Positions 17,929 through 28,017 of a stretch of 64,000 bases of DNA are shown here, one piece after another. The notes below the pieces were generated by a model, which worked only from the letters and a program-made list of their open reading frames with translations, ran no database searches and was not told where the DNA came from. The DNA is taken from NCBI GenBank assembly GCA_965140415.1, contig OZ223209.1, positions 1,568,001 to 1,632,000 of the forward strand. The letters run 5' to 3'. Within the stretch, counting starts at the first letter, position 1. Each line of letters starts with the position of its first letter. The DNA is from Myxococcota bacterium. GTDB taxonomy: Bacteria; Myxococcota_A; SURF-8. A program made the position numbers and the translations under genes.

Positions 17929-20916
17929 ATGAGTACACGCGGTTTCACAACCTCTGAACAGGTCCATCCGAAGCAATCGGAAACCCGAAGGGTGCGCGGT
18001 GGGCGGAAGGCGGGTTTCGTCTGTCGTTGCGTGGTGGGCATGCTGTTCGTGTTGTTGTCGTTATGGCTGCGAGTCGGCGATGTGTGGGCGTATCCGTCCG
18101 ATCTGGTCTGGCGAACCCTGGAAACCGAGCATTTTCGAATCAGCTATCATCAGGGGCTCGAACAGATGGCCGTACAGGTGGCCAGGATGTCCGAGGCGGT
18201 GCACGCCGAACTGGTCAGCCTCTTGGAGTACGAATCGGGTTTGAAGACGGAAGTCGTGCTCGTCGATCACGTCGATTCGCCAAACGGCTTCGTCAATGTT
18301 TACCCCTACAATAAAACGGCGCTCTATGCCGTACCGCCAGAGGCGGACAGCGCATTGAACGATTACGACGACTGGCTGCGGGTACTGGTTTCCCACGAGC
18401 ACACGCACGTCGTCGCGCTGGATACCAAGTCCGGGCTGCCGCGCGTCATCAATCACATTTTCGGCGGGCTGCTTCAACCCAACCAGGCGGTGCCTCGCTG
18501 GTATTCGGAAGGCATGGCGGTCTTTCACGAATCATTTTTTACCTCCGGCGGGCGGGAACGTTCCAGCGTATATGAAATGTATTTGCGCACCGACGTGCTG
18601 GAGGACAATTTCCGGGAAATCGATCAGATCGGCTCTAACGGCGATATCTGGCCACGCGCCACCTTGTGGTATCTGTACGGTGCCAAGTTCATGCAATATC
18701 TGGCGGACAAGTACGGCCAGAAAACCTTTGCCGCGCTGGGATATCTCTATGGTCAACGCTTGATTCCCTTTGCGTTGAACACGGTGCTCGACAAAATCAC
18801 CGACGACGATTTCATCCGCCTGTACGACGAATGGCACCAGGTGCTGGTTGAGCGCTATCGGGCCGACGCCGCGCGTCTCAAGGCGCTGGGGTTGACCGAG
18901 ATCAACTATATCACCGATGGCGGCGAGGAGCATCGCTCGCCGGTGCTCTTCCCTACGGGAGACAAACTGCTCTACTTCCATGGTCCCGGTCGGCCCTATC
19001 AGCAAGGTCTGGCGGTACTGGACATGAACACGCTGGAGCATGAAATCGTTTACATCACCACGGTCGACGGCGGGGCGAGTGTGGCGCCCGACGGTCGCCG
19101 GATCGTCTTTTCCCAGGTGGGATATTCGAGAAAGGAATACGCCTATCACGAGTTGTACCTGCACGATTTGCAGGAGGGCACGACTGAGCAGATCACGAAA
19201 AACAAGCGGGCCCGCGAGCCCAGCTTCGCTCCCGATGGAAAACGAGTCGCTTACGTGCGCTACGCGCCGGGTCGCGCCTTTCTGGAAATCATGAATATCG
19301 ACAGTGGCCGGACGGTTTGCCCCCTGCCGCCGGAAAGTTTCGACCAGATCTTCACTCCGGCGTTTTCTCCCGACGGTCGCTATCTCGCCTTTACCGGCTG
19401 GCGCTTGGGCGGATTCAAAGACGTCTACATGCTGGATCTGCAAACAAACCGCTTGCTGGCGGTGACGAACGACAACGCGCTGGATGCTTCGCCGAGCTGG
19501 TCCTTCGACGGGCGTTGGCTGTTCTGGTCCTCCGACCGCACCGGCATCAACAATATCTATGCGCATGATATGCAAACGGGCCGGACGCACCAGTTGACCA
19601 ACGTGCTAAACGGCGTTTTCACTCCCATGGCTTCGCCCGATGGCCGACGGCTGTTCGCTTCCAGCTATCACAAAAACGGCTACGATCTGGCCTGGATCGA
19701 TTTGACACAGACGAAGCTGGGACCGTTGCCCGATGAGCCGGAACTTCGCCCCAGCCGCAGCTATTACGACCCCGAGGTTCCATACGAGGAAAAAGAATAC
19801 TCGCCGTTTCCGTCGCTGTATCCGAAAGTATGGCGACCAACTTGGGGCGAGGATCACGATGGCATGACGCTGGGTGTCAGTATCTGGGGAAACGATATCG
19901 TCGGGAATCACAGTTGGACGCTGGATGCCTCCATGGGTGTCTTTAGCGCCGATCCGACGATAGGCGTCGCCTATGCGTATCGCGGTTTCTATCCGACCTT
20001 GTCCGTCAACGCCTCGCATGTGTCCTACTCCTTGATCGATGCCGGAATCAAGGATGGCCAGCGCGTCGATCAGGATGAAGCGCGCACCAGCGGTTCCTTT
20101 TCCGTTTCGATTCCGTTTCGCAGGCGGGAATACGCCGGAAACATGGGTAGCAACTACAGCCATACGCTTTCTTTCAGCGCGGGCTTCCGCCACACGCGGC
20201 TGTTGAATCGCTATGAATATGAACCGCTGGAATCCGCGCCGGTCTACGCCGACACGGGCTTGTCTACCAGCGTTCGACTCGCCTGGAGCTATCAGGATCG
20301 CGACGGCGAACCGGGTTTTGTTGCAACGGCCAGGGGGCGTTCGATGAGCATCGCCGTTCGTGCCGAAACCGATCTGTTGGGCGGGAAATTCAACAGTATC
20401 GCGGCCACCGCCAGTTACGCGGAATACATTCCCATGCCGTACATCAAGGGTCATTCGCTGGCGCTGAAGATCGAAGGCGGCATCGGTGCGAGCGACTATA
20501 AGAACCGTGCGCTCTTTTTCATCGGCGGCCCGCCCGATCAGGATATCGTAGACGATCTGATCCGCAACGAGCGTTCGTATGGAAACTACCTGCGCGGCTA
20601 CGAGCCACTCAGTCAGGCGGGGGATCGCTACGCGATGTTCAAGTCCGAATATCGTTTCGTCGCCTGGCAGATCGATCGCGGAATTTATACACTGCCGATT
20701 TACTTCCGGCGGCTTCACTTCGCGCCGTTTTTCGATGCGGGCTATGCCTGGACCTCGTTCGATGCCGGAGAAATCCGTTATGGCTACGGCGGCGAGGTGC
20801 GCCTGGACATGCTGCTGGGTTATTTCACGCCCGTAACGCTTCGCATGGGAGTGCAGAGCGGACCGCGAACAAACGGCAAAACCTCACTGTTCTTCGGACT
20901 GGATAATTTATTCTAA
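17929..20916 (+). CDS. Omp85/BamA-TamA-type outer membrane protein with N-terminal zinc-peptidase-like domain and TolB/PD40 propeller (start may be ~18031-18040)
   Basis: HEHTH...WYSEG gluzincin-like motif, repeated P(S/A)(F/W)(S/A)PDG blades, and a C-terminal barrel with LRGY and FFDAG, ending in Phe. Confidence 0.8.
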   Translation: MSTRGFTTSEQVHPKQSETRRVRGGRKAGFVCRCVVGMLFVLLSLWLRVGDVWAYPSDLVWRTLETEHFRISYHQGLEQMAVQVARMSEAVHAELVSLLEYESGLKTEVVLVDHVDSPNGFVNVYPYNKTALYAVPPEADSALNDYDDWLRVLVSHEHTHVVALDTKSGLPRVINHIFGGLLQPNQAVPRWYSEGMAVFHESFFTSGGRERSSVYEMYLRTDVLEDNFREIDQIGSNGDIWPRATLWYLYGAKFMQYLADKYGQKTFAALGYLYGQRLIPFALNTVLDKITDDDFIRLYDEWHQVLVERYRADAARLKALGLTEINYITDGGEEHRSPVLFPTGDKLLYFHGPGRPYQQGLAVLDMNTLEHEIVYITTVDGGASVAPDGRRIVFSQVGYSRKEYAYHELYLHDLQEGTTEQITKNKRAREPSFAPDGKRVAYVRYAPGRAFLEIMNIDSGRTVCPLPPESFDQIFTPAFSPDGRYLAFTGWRLGGFKDVYMLDLQTNRLLAVTNDNALDASPSWSFDGRWLFWSSDRTGINNIYAHDMQTGRTHQLTNVLNGVFTPMASPDGRRLFASSYHKNGYDLAWIDLTQTKLGPLPDEPELRPSRSYYDPEVPYEEKEYSPFPSLYPKVWRPTWGEDHDGMTLGVSIWGNDIVGNHSWTLDASMGVFSADPTIGVAYAYRGFYPTLSVNASHVSYSLIDAGIKDGQRVDQDEARTSGSFSVSIPFRRREYAGNMGSNYSHTLSFSAGFRHTRLLNRYEYEPLESAPVYADTGLSTSVRLAWSYQDRDGEPGFVATARGRSMSIAVRAETDLLGGKFNSIAATASYAEYIPMPYIKGHSLALKIEGGIGASDYKNRALFFIGGPPDQDIVDDLIRNERSYGNYLRGYEPLSQAGDRYAMFKSEYRFVAWQIDRGIYTLPIYFRRLHFAPFFDAGYAWTSFDAGEIRYGYGGEVRLDMLLGYFTPVTLRMGVQSGPRTNGKTSLFFGLDNLF

Positions 20917-20931
20917 AGACCAAAGCAGGTC

Positions 20932-21768
20932 ATGATGTTGCACGAAACAGCATATCGCCACAAAAGGGACTGTACCTGCTACCGCTGTGTTTGGCGTTGG
21001 GTCGCGGTTTTGTGGATCGTTATACTCCTTGCGGCATGTACGCAGCAGGCGGAAAATTCAACCATCGAATGCACCACCGACACCGACTGTTCCTCCGGCT
21101 GGATCTGTGCGGCTGGCGGAATCTGCGAGCTGGCTGCTACCGAATGCCTGTCGGACATCGATTGCGGAGAAGGGAAAATCTGTGAGGCTCGCGTCTGCCG
21201 CACGGCGGATTGCGCCACCGACTGCGAATGCGCGGTGGATAGCGTTTGCAATAATGGCCGTTGCGATTCCAATGAAACGCAATGCTATCGAGACAGCGAT
21301 TGCGGGGAAGGCTATGTGTGCGATCCGTTGGAACCGGATCTGTGTCTTCAAAAACGTTGCGTGCTGGCGGATTGCGCCCTGGATGAGGATTGCCCGGAAG
21401 AGCTGCTTTGCCTGCGTGGCATCTGTGATGTGGCCGAATGCTACTACGATTCCGATTGCGGCGTGGAGAAGGACTGCTTCGATTTTCGCTGCCTGACTCC
21501 TCTCTGCTCCACGAACTCCTGCGATACGGGCTACGTCTGTTTTCACGGCGTCTGCGACGTCTTCCCCTGCGAGAGCAGCAGTCAGTGTCCACCGTTTACG
21601 ATCTGTTCCTACGATCTATGCCGACGGCAGCTCTGCGCCCACGATTCACAATGCCCCGACGACGCCATCTGCCAAGACGGCGTTTGCAGTCCCGCAGAAT
21701 GTCAGCGTGAAAGCGATTGCCTCCCCATCGAACATTGTTCTCAAGGACGTTGTAACCTGAGCCTGTAA
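20932..21768 (+). CDS. Cys-rich repeat lipoprotein
   Basis: Lipobox LAAC, then about 10 repeats of C-x2-D-x-DC-x5-C-x4-C. Confidence 0.8.
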   Translation: MMLHETAYRHKRDCTCYRCVWRWVAVLWIVILLAACTQQAENSTIECTTDTDCSSGWICAAGGICELAATECLSDIDCGEGKICEARVCRTADCATDCECAVDSVCNNGRCDSNETQCYRDSDCGEGYVCDPLEPDLCLQKRCVLADCALDEDCPEELLCLRGICDVAECYYDSDCGVEKDCFDFRCLTPLCSTNSCDTGYVCFHGVCDVFPCESSSQCPPFTICSYDLCRRQLCAHDSQCPDDAICQDGVCSPAECQRESDCLPIEHCSQGRCNLSL

Positions 21769-21885
21769 GGGTTCTAGCAATGAAGCAAGGGTGCTTTGAC
21801 TGTGTGGCATCGTCTCACGAACGGAGTTCGGGAGGCTGTGTGTCTTCCTCTTGTTGGTTCCGCTTGTTGGTTCAAGTCTCCTGAC

Positions 21886-23207
21886 CACATCTGTCCGGTT
21901 AACTTTAACGCAAACCACAGTAACTATCCAGTATCTTTAACAAAAACACCTCTTTCAATGTGCTTGCGATAGATTTTCGTTCTCGTGCAAAATGGACTTG
22001 TTTTCCATGACCCATTTGCAGGAGGAGCATATGCCTCAAACTGTCTTTTCGCAAGTACTTGATTACTTGCCCAATTGGCATTTCAGACGTTGTGTCCACC
22101 GCTATCAGGGGAACAAGCGCATTCGTACCTTTTCCTGCATGGATCAATTCATCTGCATGGCATTCGCGCAGTTGTCTTACAGGGAAAGTCTGCGCGACAT
22201 CGAAGCGACCTTGCGTGCGTTGGGATCAAAACTCTACCGAATGGGGGTTCGAGGAAAAGTATCTCGAAGTACACTGGCCGACGCCAACGAGCACCGCGAC
22301 TGGCGTATATACGAAGATCTCGCGCAACCTCTGATACGGCGCGCTCGCACACTGTATGCGGACGAAAAGCTCGGCGTCGATCTGGATGCCACCGCTTACG
22401 CTCTGGACACCACGGCCATCGATTTGAGTTTGTCTCTTTTTCCCTGGGCCAAATTTACACGTCACTATGGATCGCTCCGACTGCATACGCAGATGGATCT
22501 GCGCGGACGAATTCCTACCTTTATTTCCATTACAGACGGTAAAAGCCAGGACAAGCGTCTGCTGGATATTCTGCCCCTGGAAGCGGGTGCTTTTTACATC
22601 ATGGATCGCGGATATCTGGATTACAAGCGGATGTATAAAATCAATCAAGCAGGAGCTTTCTTTATTCTTAGAGCACGAAAGGATACGCACACAAAAAAGA
22701 TTTATTCTCGTCCTGTTGATAAAAGCACAGGTTTGAGAACAGACCAAACCGTTTCTCTTGTTGATCGCGCTTCCCTCAAGCGTTACCCCGACCAGTTGCG
22801 GCGTATCAATTACACCGATCCGGAATCGAAAAGCCGATTTGTCTGGCTGACCAACGCTTTCGATCTGCCATCGGAAACGATTCCGGACTTGTATCGGCTT
22901 CGTTGGAGCATCGAAGTGTTTTTCAAATGGATCAAGCAGAATCTACGCATCAAGGCGTTCTACGGGACCAGTGCCAACGCGGTGAAAACGCAGGTATGGA
23001 TTTCGATAACAGTTTACCTTTTAGTGGCGATTTTGAAAAAGGATCTGAATCTCGAGCACAGTTTGATGACGATTCTACAGATTTTGAGCGTCACACTTTT
23101 CGAGGAAAGCCCCATTTTACAGGTACTGAAGGCAAATGGTGATTCAGCGAAATCCCCCCCTTTCGGTAAACAGTTGGAATTATTCAATAGTTAACCGGAC
23201 AGATGTG
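21886..23207 (+). mobile_element. IS4-family insertion sequence
   Basis: Perfect terminal inverted repeats CACATCTGTCCGGTTAACT (21886-21904) and AGTTAACCGGACAGATGTG (23189-23207) enclose a DDE transposase. No target duplication is visible. Confidence 0.92.
22031..23194 (+). CDS. IS4-family DDE transposase
   Basis: FAQLSYRESLRDIE, ALDTT, MDRGY and YRLRWSIEVFFKWIKQ (YREK signature). RBS GGAGGA. The stop codon lies inside the right IR. Confidence 0.96.
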   Translation: MPQTVFSQVLDYLPNWHFRRCVHRYQGNKRIRTFSCMDQFICMAFAQLSYRESLRDIEATLRALGSKLYRMGVRGKVSRSTLADANEHRDWRIYEDLAQPLIRRARTLYADEKLGVDLDATAYALDTTAIDLSLSLFPWAKFTRHYGSLRLHTQMDLRGRIPTFISITDGKSQDKRLLDILPLEAGAFYIMDRGYLDYKRMYKINQAGAFFILRARKDTHTKKIYSRPVDKSTGLRTDQTVSLVDRASLKRYPDQLRRINYTDPESKSRFVWLTNAFDLPSETIPDLYRLRWSIEVFFKWIKQNLRIKAFYGTSANAVKTQVWISITVYLLVAILKKDLNLEHSLMTILQILSVTLFEESPILQVLKANGDSAKSPPFGKQLELFNS

Positions 23208-23296
23208 GTAGGGAGATCTGAACCAACGGAAGGCACCCACATCTGGTAGCGCAAATCAACGAATAGTGACTTGTAATCCCAGTGATAGCCCCGCCA

Positions 23297-24646
23297 TTAT
23301 TTCTTGAACGGATAGCGCGTAAAGGCCAGAAACGCGCCAAAAACCAGCAGTCCGCCTGCCGGGCCGACCAATAGAATTCCCAGCGGATTCTCAACCGAGT
23401 TTCCGAAGGTGGCGAACAGGAAGGAGGACAGGATCCAGGCCAGGCCGGAGCCGGAGCGCGAGAACAGGCCTTCCATGCCGTTATACATGGCTTCACGACG
23501 GAAGCCGGTCTGCTTTTCGTCGTAGTCGATGATATCCGCCAATAGTGGCCGCAGCAGAATGAAAAAGACCGCCACCGGGAAGGTCGCCAGCGCAAAAACG
23601 ATGTAGCCCTGCACCATCGGATCTATTCCCGGAACCTTGCCGACGAAGTAGGTCATCGGAAGAATGATGGTGAATCCCAAGGCTCCAGCCAGCGTAACGG
23701 CTTTCTTTCCAAACTTCACCGACAGCTTGTTCACTACCGGAAAGAGCAGAATCGATCCGACCATGACCACGATCTGTACGCCTGCGGCATCGGCTTCCTC
23801 GCCGCCCATTACGGTGGTGACGATATACGGGATGGCGACGATCACCATGTCCATGCCGATGCGGAAGAGCGTGGCGAGAACGAGATAGGGGGTAAAGGTG
23901 TGATTTTTGAATACTTCGCGGATGCCTTCCAAGAAGGTAAAGGAAACCTGCTTGTTCGGCGTATACGGTTTTTCCTTTACGCTGAACGCGGTCAGCATGA
24001 AAGCACCCAGCGTAATTGCACCGAAGACGATGCCGGAAAGTTGAAAGCCGTTGAATTCCTGAGCACCGAAAGGCGGCACGCCGCAGCGGTAGGCGTCGAT
24101 CAGCAGACCGGCTCCGCCAGCCGCCAATAATACGCCAATCACTTCGAATAGCGCCATGATGGCACTGACGGTCAGGCGTTCGTCGTTGTGCGGCGTCAGT
24201 TCCGGCAGCAGCGAAAGATATGGAGCAACCACGGCGGCAAACGCGCAGGAAACAACGACCATCAGGCCGCAGACCCAGGCGGCATTGATCAGGCTTTCTC
24301 CCATGACCGGCGGGAACCAGAGCAGAATCATACCGACCACCATAATCGGCGAGCCGATCAGGATATAGGGAATCCGGCGTCCCCAGCGCGTGTTGGTTTT
24401 GTCGGACCAGTCGCCGATGAACGGATTGAGCAGCGCTTCGGCGATGCGCCCGATGGCGAGCATGGTTCCAATCAAGTACATCGGAACGTAAGTCATCAGG
24501 CAGGAGCCTTCTACGTCGGGTGGCGCATAGTAGTACATCGCCCAGGAACCGACGATACTGGGCAACAAGCCAATGCCGAGATTTCCGGCAGAATAGCCCA
24601 GGCGCTGGGGGGTGCTCAACTCGCGCGGCGCGGCGGATTCGCTCAT
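23297..24646 (-). CDS. MFS transporter, GPH (MelB-like) family
   Basis: About 12 TM helices, GDWSDKTNTRWGRRIPY, ADIIDYDEKQTGFRREAMYNG; RBS AAGGAG before ATG 24646. Confidence 0.9.
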   Translation of the reverse strand: MSESAAPRELSTPQRLGYSAGNLGIGLLPSIVGSWAMYYYAPPDVEGSCLMTYVPMYLIGTMLAIGRIAEALLNPFIGDWSDKTNTRWGRRIPYILIGSPIMVVGMILLWFPPVMGESLINAAWVCGLMVVVSCAFAAVVAPYLSLLPELTPHNDERLTVSAIMALFEVIGVLLAAGGAGLLIDAYRCGVPPFGAQEFNGFQLSGIVFGAITLGAFMLTAFSVKEKPYTPNKQVSFTFLEGIREVFKNHTFTPYLVLATLFRIGMDMVIVAIPYIVTTVMGGEEADAAGVQIVVMVGSILLFPVVNKLSVKFGKKAVTLAGALGFTIILPMTYFVGKVPGIDPMVQGYIVFALATFPVAVFFILLRPLLADIIDYDEKQTGFRREAMYNGMEGLFSRSGSGLAWILSSFLFATFGNSVENPLGILLVGPAGGLLVFGAFLAFTRYPFKK

Positions 24647-24689
24647 GATTTTCTCCTTCACAACAACAACGGAAAGGACGATTCGATCG

Positions 24690-24701
24690 TGTAACGTTAC
24701 A
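24690..24701. promoter_or_regulatory. Candidate LacI-type operator
   Basis: Perfect palindrome TGTAACGTTACA with central CG, 44 bp upstream of a sugar-transporter-like gene. Confidence 0.5.
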
Positions 24702-24730
24702 ATGCGTAATCAGAATGCAAGCTCGACGAA

Positions 24731-25369
24731 TTACGGCAACAGTGGTGTTTGAACGTTCGGTACATTCAACGATGGCAACACCCAGAAACGACCATATTCG
24801 ATCGCGGTCTTTTCGCCAAAGGTTATTCGAGCCGAAACAGTGCGTTTTCCCGTGCGCGCGGAATTTTCCGCTGCCAGGGCGATATCGTAAAATTCCAGTT
24901 CATCGACATCGAAACGGACAAGATCGAAGCGAATGTCCGGCCCGAAATCGATGCGCCAGCTTTGAAACGCCTTGTCGGCGTCGCTGAAATAGGATTGCAG
25001 TTCTTCTACATTTTTGAAATGAATGTGCAGATCGTTCAGGCTTTCGCCCTGGCGGATGAAATCCACAACTTCCTGTTCCGGTTGGTCATCACGGATAACC
25101 GTGCGCGTGACCACCAGATTGAATTCTTCGATTTCGCCGTCCTGTGCTTCTTCCGATTCCGTGGTGTCGCCGTCTTCCGCATCCGGTTCCAGCTCGCTAT
25201 CGAGATCGATATCCGTATCCTGTTCCAGATCGCCGTCGGGAAGATCTGGATCTCCCGGAGCGGAAGGCGCAAAGGCGGCGTCGCAGCCGACGAGTAACAG
25301 AAGCGCTGTCAACAGCAGCCAGATTGTATATTGAACTCGAATCACGCCTACCCCGGTTCTAAGGATCAA
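24731..25369 (-). CDS. Hypothetical lipoprotein with acidic DGD linker
   Basis: Lipobox LVGC followed by PDGDLEQD...EDGDTTE. Start uncertain. Confidence 0.7.
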   Translation of the reverse strand: MILRTGVGVIRVQYTIWLLLTALLLLVGCDAAFAPSAPGDPDLPDGDLEQDTDIDLDSELEPDAEDGDTTESEEAQDGEIEEFNLVVTRTVIRDDQPEQEVVDFIRQGESLNDLHIHFKNVEELQSYFSDADKAFQSWRIDFGPDIRFDLVRFDVDELEFYDIALAAENSARTGKRTVSARITFGEKTAIEYGRFWVLPSLNVPNVQTPLLP

Positions 25370-25491
25370 AAGCTGCCGGATTCTAACACAACTTTAAGTT
25401 GATTCGTCAACAGCTTTATGGCATAGCATGACGATGCTCGGCGTTCGAGTAAACGCTGAAAGAAAAATGGCCACTATTTGAATGAATCAAT

Positions 25492-26445
25492 TTGACCCGG
25501 CTTGCGAAAAAATCGATGTTGCTGTATACTCAGTTTACTTTTTTTGATTGGGAGAAAGCCACGCTGATTCGACTTACTTTGTGTACGATGTTCATGGGGG
25601 CGCTGCTGCTGCTTTCGATGTCCGCGCGGGCGGAGTCGGAAGAGATGGTTCCGGTGATTTCGGAAACCTTGAGCGTGAAAAGCAAGGTGGCACTAGTTGA
25701 TATCAATGTGGGAACGTCCAAGCGCCTGGTGCAGCTTTCACGCGATGGCAAACGGGCCTACATTCGCATGAGCATGGAAATCAAGGTTTCCGCTTTTTTA
25801 ATGAGCTATCGCCGAAACCTGGTATCCAGCGCCTGGTTTGATGTCAACGGGCTGACCCGCTTTGCCACGGAAATCGACGAGAACGGAAAGCTGACCCAAT
25901 TGTGCGGTGAGCGCTCCAGCGGTGCCGGAGGTACTCGCATGAGCATCACTGGCATTATCGATGGCGAAGTGGTGGATAAAAGCATTTCCTTCGATAGTTT
26001 CAGGTACACGAATCTTGAGAATTTCGCTTATGTTGCCGCTTTGGCGCGGCGGCAGGTGAATTATCCGATTCTGGATCTGTTTACGGGCAAGGTTAACGTT
26101 ACCACGGTTACTCCGTATGGCCGCGAAACCTGCGCGAAACCGGTTATGGATTCCTGTTTCAAGGTAATGGTGGAATCGCCGGAAAATAATGGAACTTTTT
26201 ACTATGCTTCCGATGGTTGGCTGGTCAGTGCCTCGGGTGAGGATACCAAAGGTTCCTATATTTTGCAGGCAACGGAAGCCGGGAATCTTCCCGAACCGGA
26301 ATTCTTAAACGATGAAGAGAATCCCGAAAAACAGCAAGAAGGCGAACCCAGCCTTATCCAGCGATTGTTCGGATTTTTCGGAACCCCAAAGGATCTGATT
26401 TCAGCCGGAGAAATGGAAGCCGGTTCTGAAACCAGTACGAATTAG
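25492..26445 (+). CDS. Hypothetical exported beta-rich protein (true start probably ~25564-25588)
   Basis: Signal peptide ending ARA|ESEE. A sigma70-like promoter inside the 5' part of the called ORF implies a later start. Confidence 0.65.
   Translation: MTRLAKKSMLLYTQFTFFDWEKATLIRLTLCTMFMGALLLLSMSARAESEEMVPVISETLSVKSKVALVDINVGTSKRLVQLSRDGKRAYIRMSMEIKVSAFLMSYRRNLVSSAWFDVNGLTRFATEIDENGKLTQLCGERSSGAGGTRMSITGIIDGEVVDKSISFDSFRYTNLENFAYVAALARRQVNYPILDLFTGKVNVTTVTPYGRETCAKPVMDSCFKVMVESPENNGTFYYASDGWLVSASGEDTKGSYILQATEAGNLPEPEFLNDEENPEKQQEGEPSLIQRLFGFFGTPKDLISAGEMEAGSETSTN
25502..25530 (+). promoter_or_regulatory. Sigma70-type promoter
   Basis: TTGCGA-N17-TATACT. Confidence 0.55.
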
Positions 26446-26455
26446 GGAATGTAAA

Positions 26456-26875
26456 ATGGGAGTATACTGTCGCAGGATTCGTGGAAAAATTCATTCCGGC
26501 AGGCGTGCGTTTTCCATGGTTGATCTGATGATCGTGCTGGCGATCATCGGGATTCTGGCGGCGTTTGCGGTGCCGATTTACAAGGATTACGTGCGAAAAT
26601 CGAGGGAATCGGAAGCGATGCGGGCGCTGGGGTCGATTCAAGTCGCGCAGGCGGCATATAAAACCGATCCAGTGCTTGGAAACGGTGAATACGCCGATAA
26701 TCTCACGGCTTTAGGATGGTCATTGGATAAAAATGGGAGCACAACAGGTGTTGCTCCTGCCCGTTATAAATATAGTACGAATTCAGAGAGAGCGCGCGCA
26801 GTGGCGGGAAATGGGGATGCCGTCAATCATGCCACGATCGAATTGACTCATACCGGACAGTTGGAATACCCCTGA
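26456..26875 (+). CDS. Type IV pilin-like protein (PilE/PilA-like) with atypical cleavage site
   Basis: Basic leader, then RRA|FSMVDLMIVLAIIGILAAFAVPIYKDYVRKSRESEA. Confidence 0.88.
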   Translation: MGVYCRRIRGKIHSGRRAFSMVDLMIVLAIIGILAAFAVPIYKDYVRKSRESEAMRALGSIQVAQAAYKTDPVLGNGEYADNLTALGWSLDKNGSTTGVAPARYKYSTNSERARAVAGNGDAVNHATIELTHTGQLEYP

Positions 26876-27003
26876 CAACCTGCGATCATCTTCGTCCGGA
26901 TTTACTGGAATGCGGGTATAATACCATCGCCAGCAGTAACGGCTCGGTCTTGCTCCCGAATATACAAGAATATTCAGGCGGTTAGCATACCGTTCGATGA
27001 AAA

Positions 27004-28017
27004 GTGATTGCTATGACTTGGGATAAACTTATCACGCTGGTTTTCTGCTTTGTGCTTGCACTGGTCGTTGCATTGTATTTTGTGCCGGTGATGCGTAAAG
27101 CCGCCATCAAATGGGGCGTGGTGGATAAACCGGATGGCCGCTTGAAAACTCAGCGAGAGCCCGTGGCCTATCTGGGTGGCATCGGTGTTTACGTTGCGTT
27201 TTTGCTTGCGCTTAGTTTTGTTTTCGAATTTTCCCCGCAAGTACTTGGGCTTCTTTTAGGCGGTACGATCATGCTGGTGATCGGGTTGGTAGACGATTTC
27301 GGGGTGTTGCTGCCTTATCAGAAACTGGCGGGTCAGGCCCTGGCGACCTTCGTGCTGATCAAGGCCGGGATTTACATCAAAATCGAATTCCTGCCAATTT
27401 GGGTAACGATTCCAATGACTTTCCTGTGGATGCTGGGAGTCATCAACGCCGTGAATATCATCGATATCATGGACGGCTTATCCAGTGGGGTGGCTTTTAT
27501 TGTCTGTCTGGCATTATTGGCTGTATCGCTGATTAATTTGAATCTTACCATTGCCATGCTTACCGTGGCGCTGGCCGGATCGCTTTTAGGATTTCTGATC
27601 TACAATTTTCATCCAGCCAAAATTTACCTGGGTGATTCCGGCTCCTTGTTCATTGGCTTGATGCTGGGAGCACTGGCCATGATCGGGGATTATTCCAGCC
27701 ACAACACGCTGGCCTACGTTACGCCGATTTTCTTTTTAGGCGTTCCGATTTTCGACACTCTGTTCGTGATGGTCATCCGCTCCCGAAAAGGAATTTCCCC
27801 CTTCCTGGGAAGCCCCGATCATTTTGCAATTCGCCTGCGAAAACGGGGGCTTTCGGTGCGTCAGGTCGTGATTCTCTGCTACATCATTACTGCAATATTA
27901 GCCATTTCCGGGATTCTGAACATTTACTTCAGCCACATGTATACCCTCGCTGCCGTTGGGGTTCTCTTCCTGGCCGCAACGATTATCGGGTGGTGGCTTT
28001 CCCGTATCGAAACATGA
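27004..28017 (+). CDS. WecA/TagO-like undecaprenyl-phosphate GlcNAc-1-phosphate transferase (MraY superfamily)
   Basis: VDKPDGR, YLGG, GLVDD, NAVNIIDIMDGL and YNFHPAKIYLGDSGS motifs; polytopic membrane protein. Confidence 0.9.
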   Translation: MIAMTWDKLITLVFCFVLALVVALYFVPVMRKAAIKWGVVDKPDGRLKTQREPVAYLGGIGVYVAFLLALSFVFEFSPQVLGLLLGGTIMLVIGLVDDFGVLLPYQKLAGQALATFVLIKAGIYIKIEFLPIWVTIPMTFLWMLGVINAVNIIDIMDGLSSGVAFIVCLALLAVSLINLNLTIAMLTVALAGSLLGFLIYNFHPAKIYLGDSGSLFIGLMLGALAMIGDYSSHNTLAYVTPIFFLGVPIFDTLFVMVIRSRKGISPFLGSPDHFAIRLRKRGLSVRQVVILCYIITAILAISGILNIYFSHMYTLAAVGVLFLAATIIGWWLSRIET

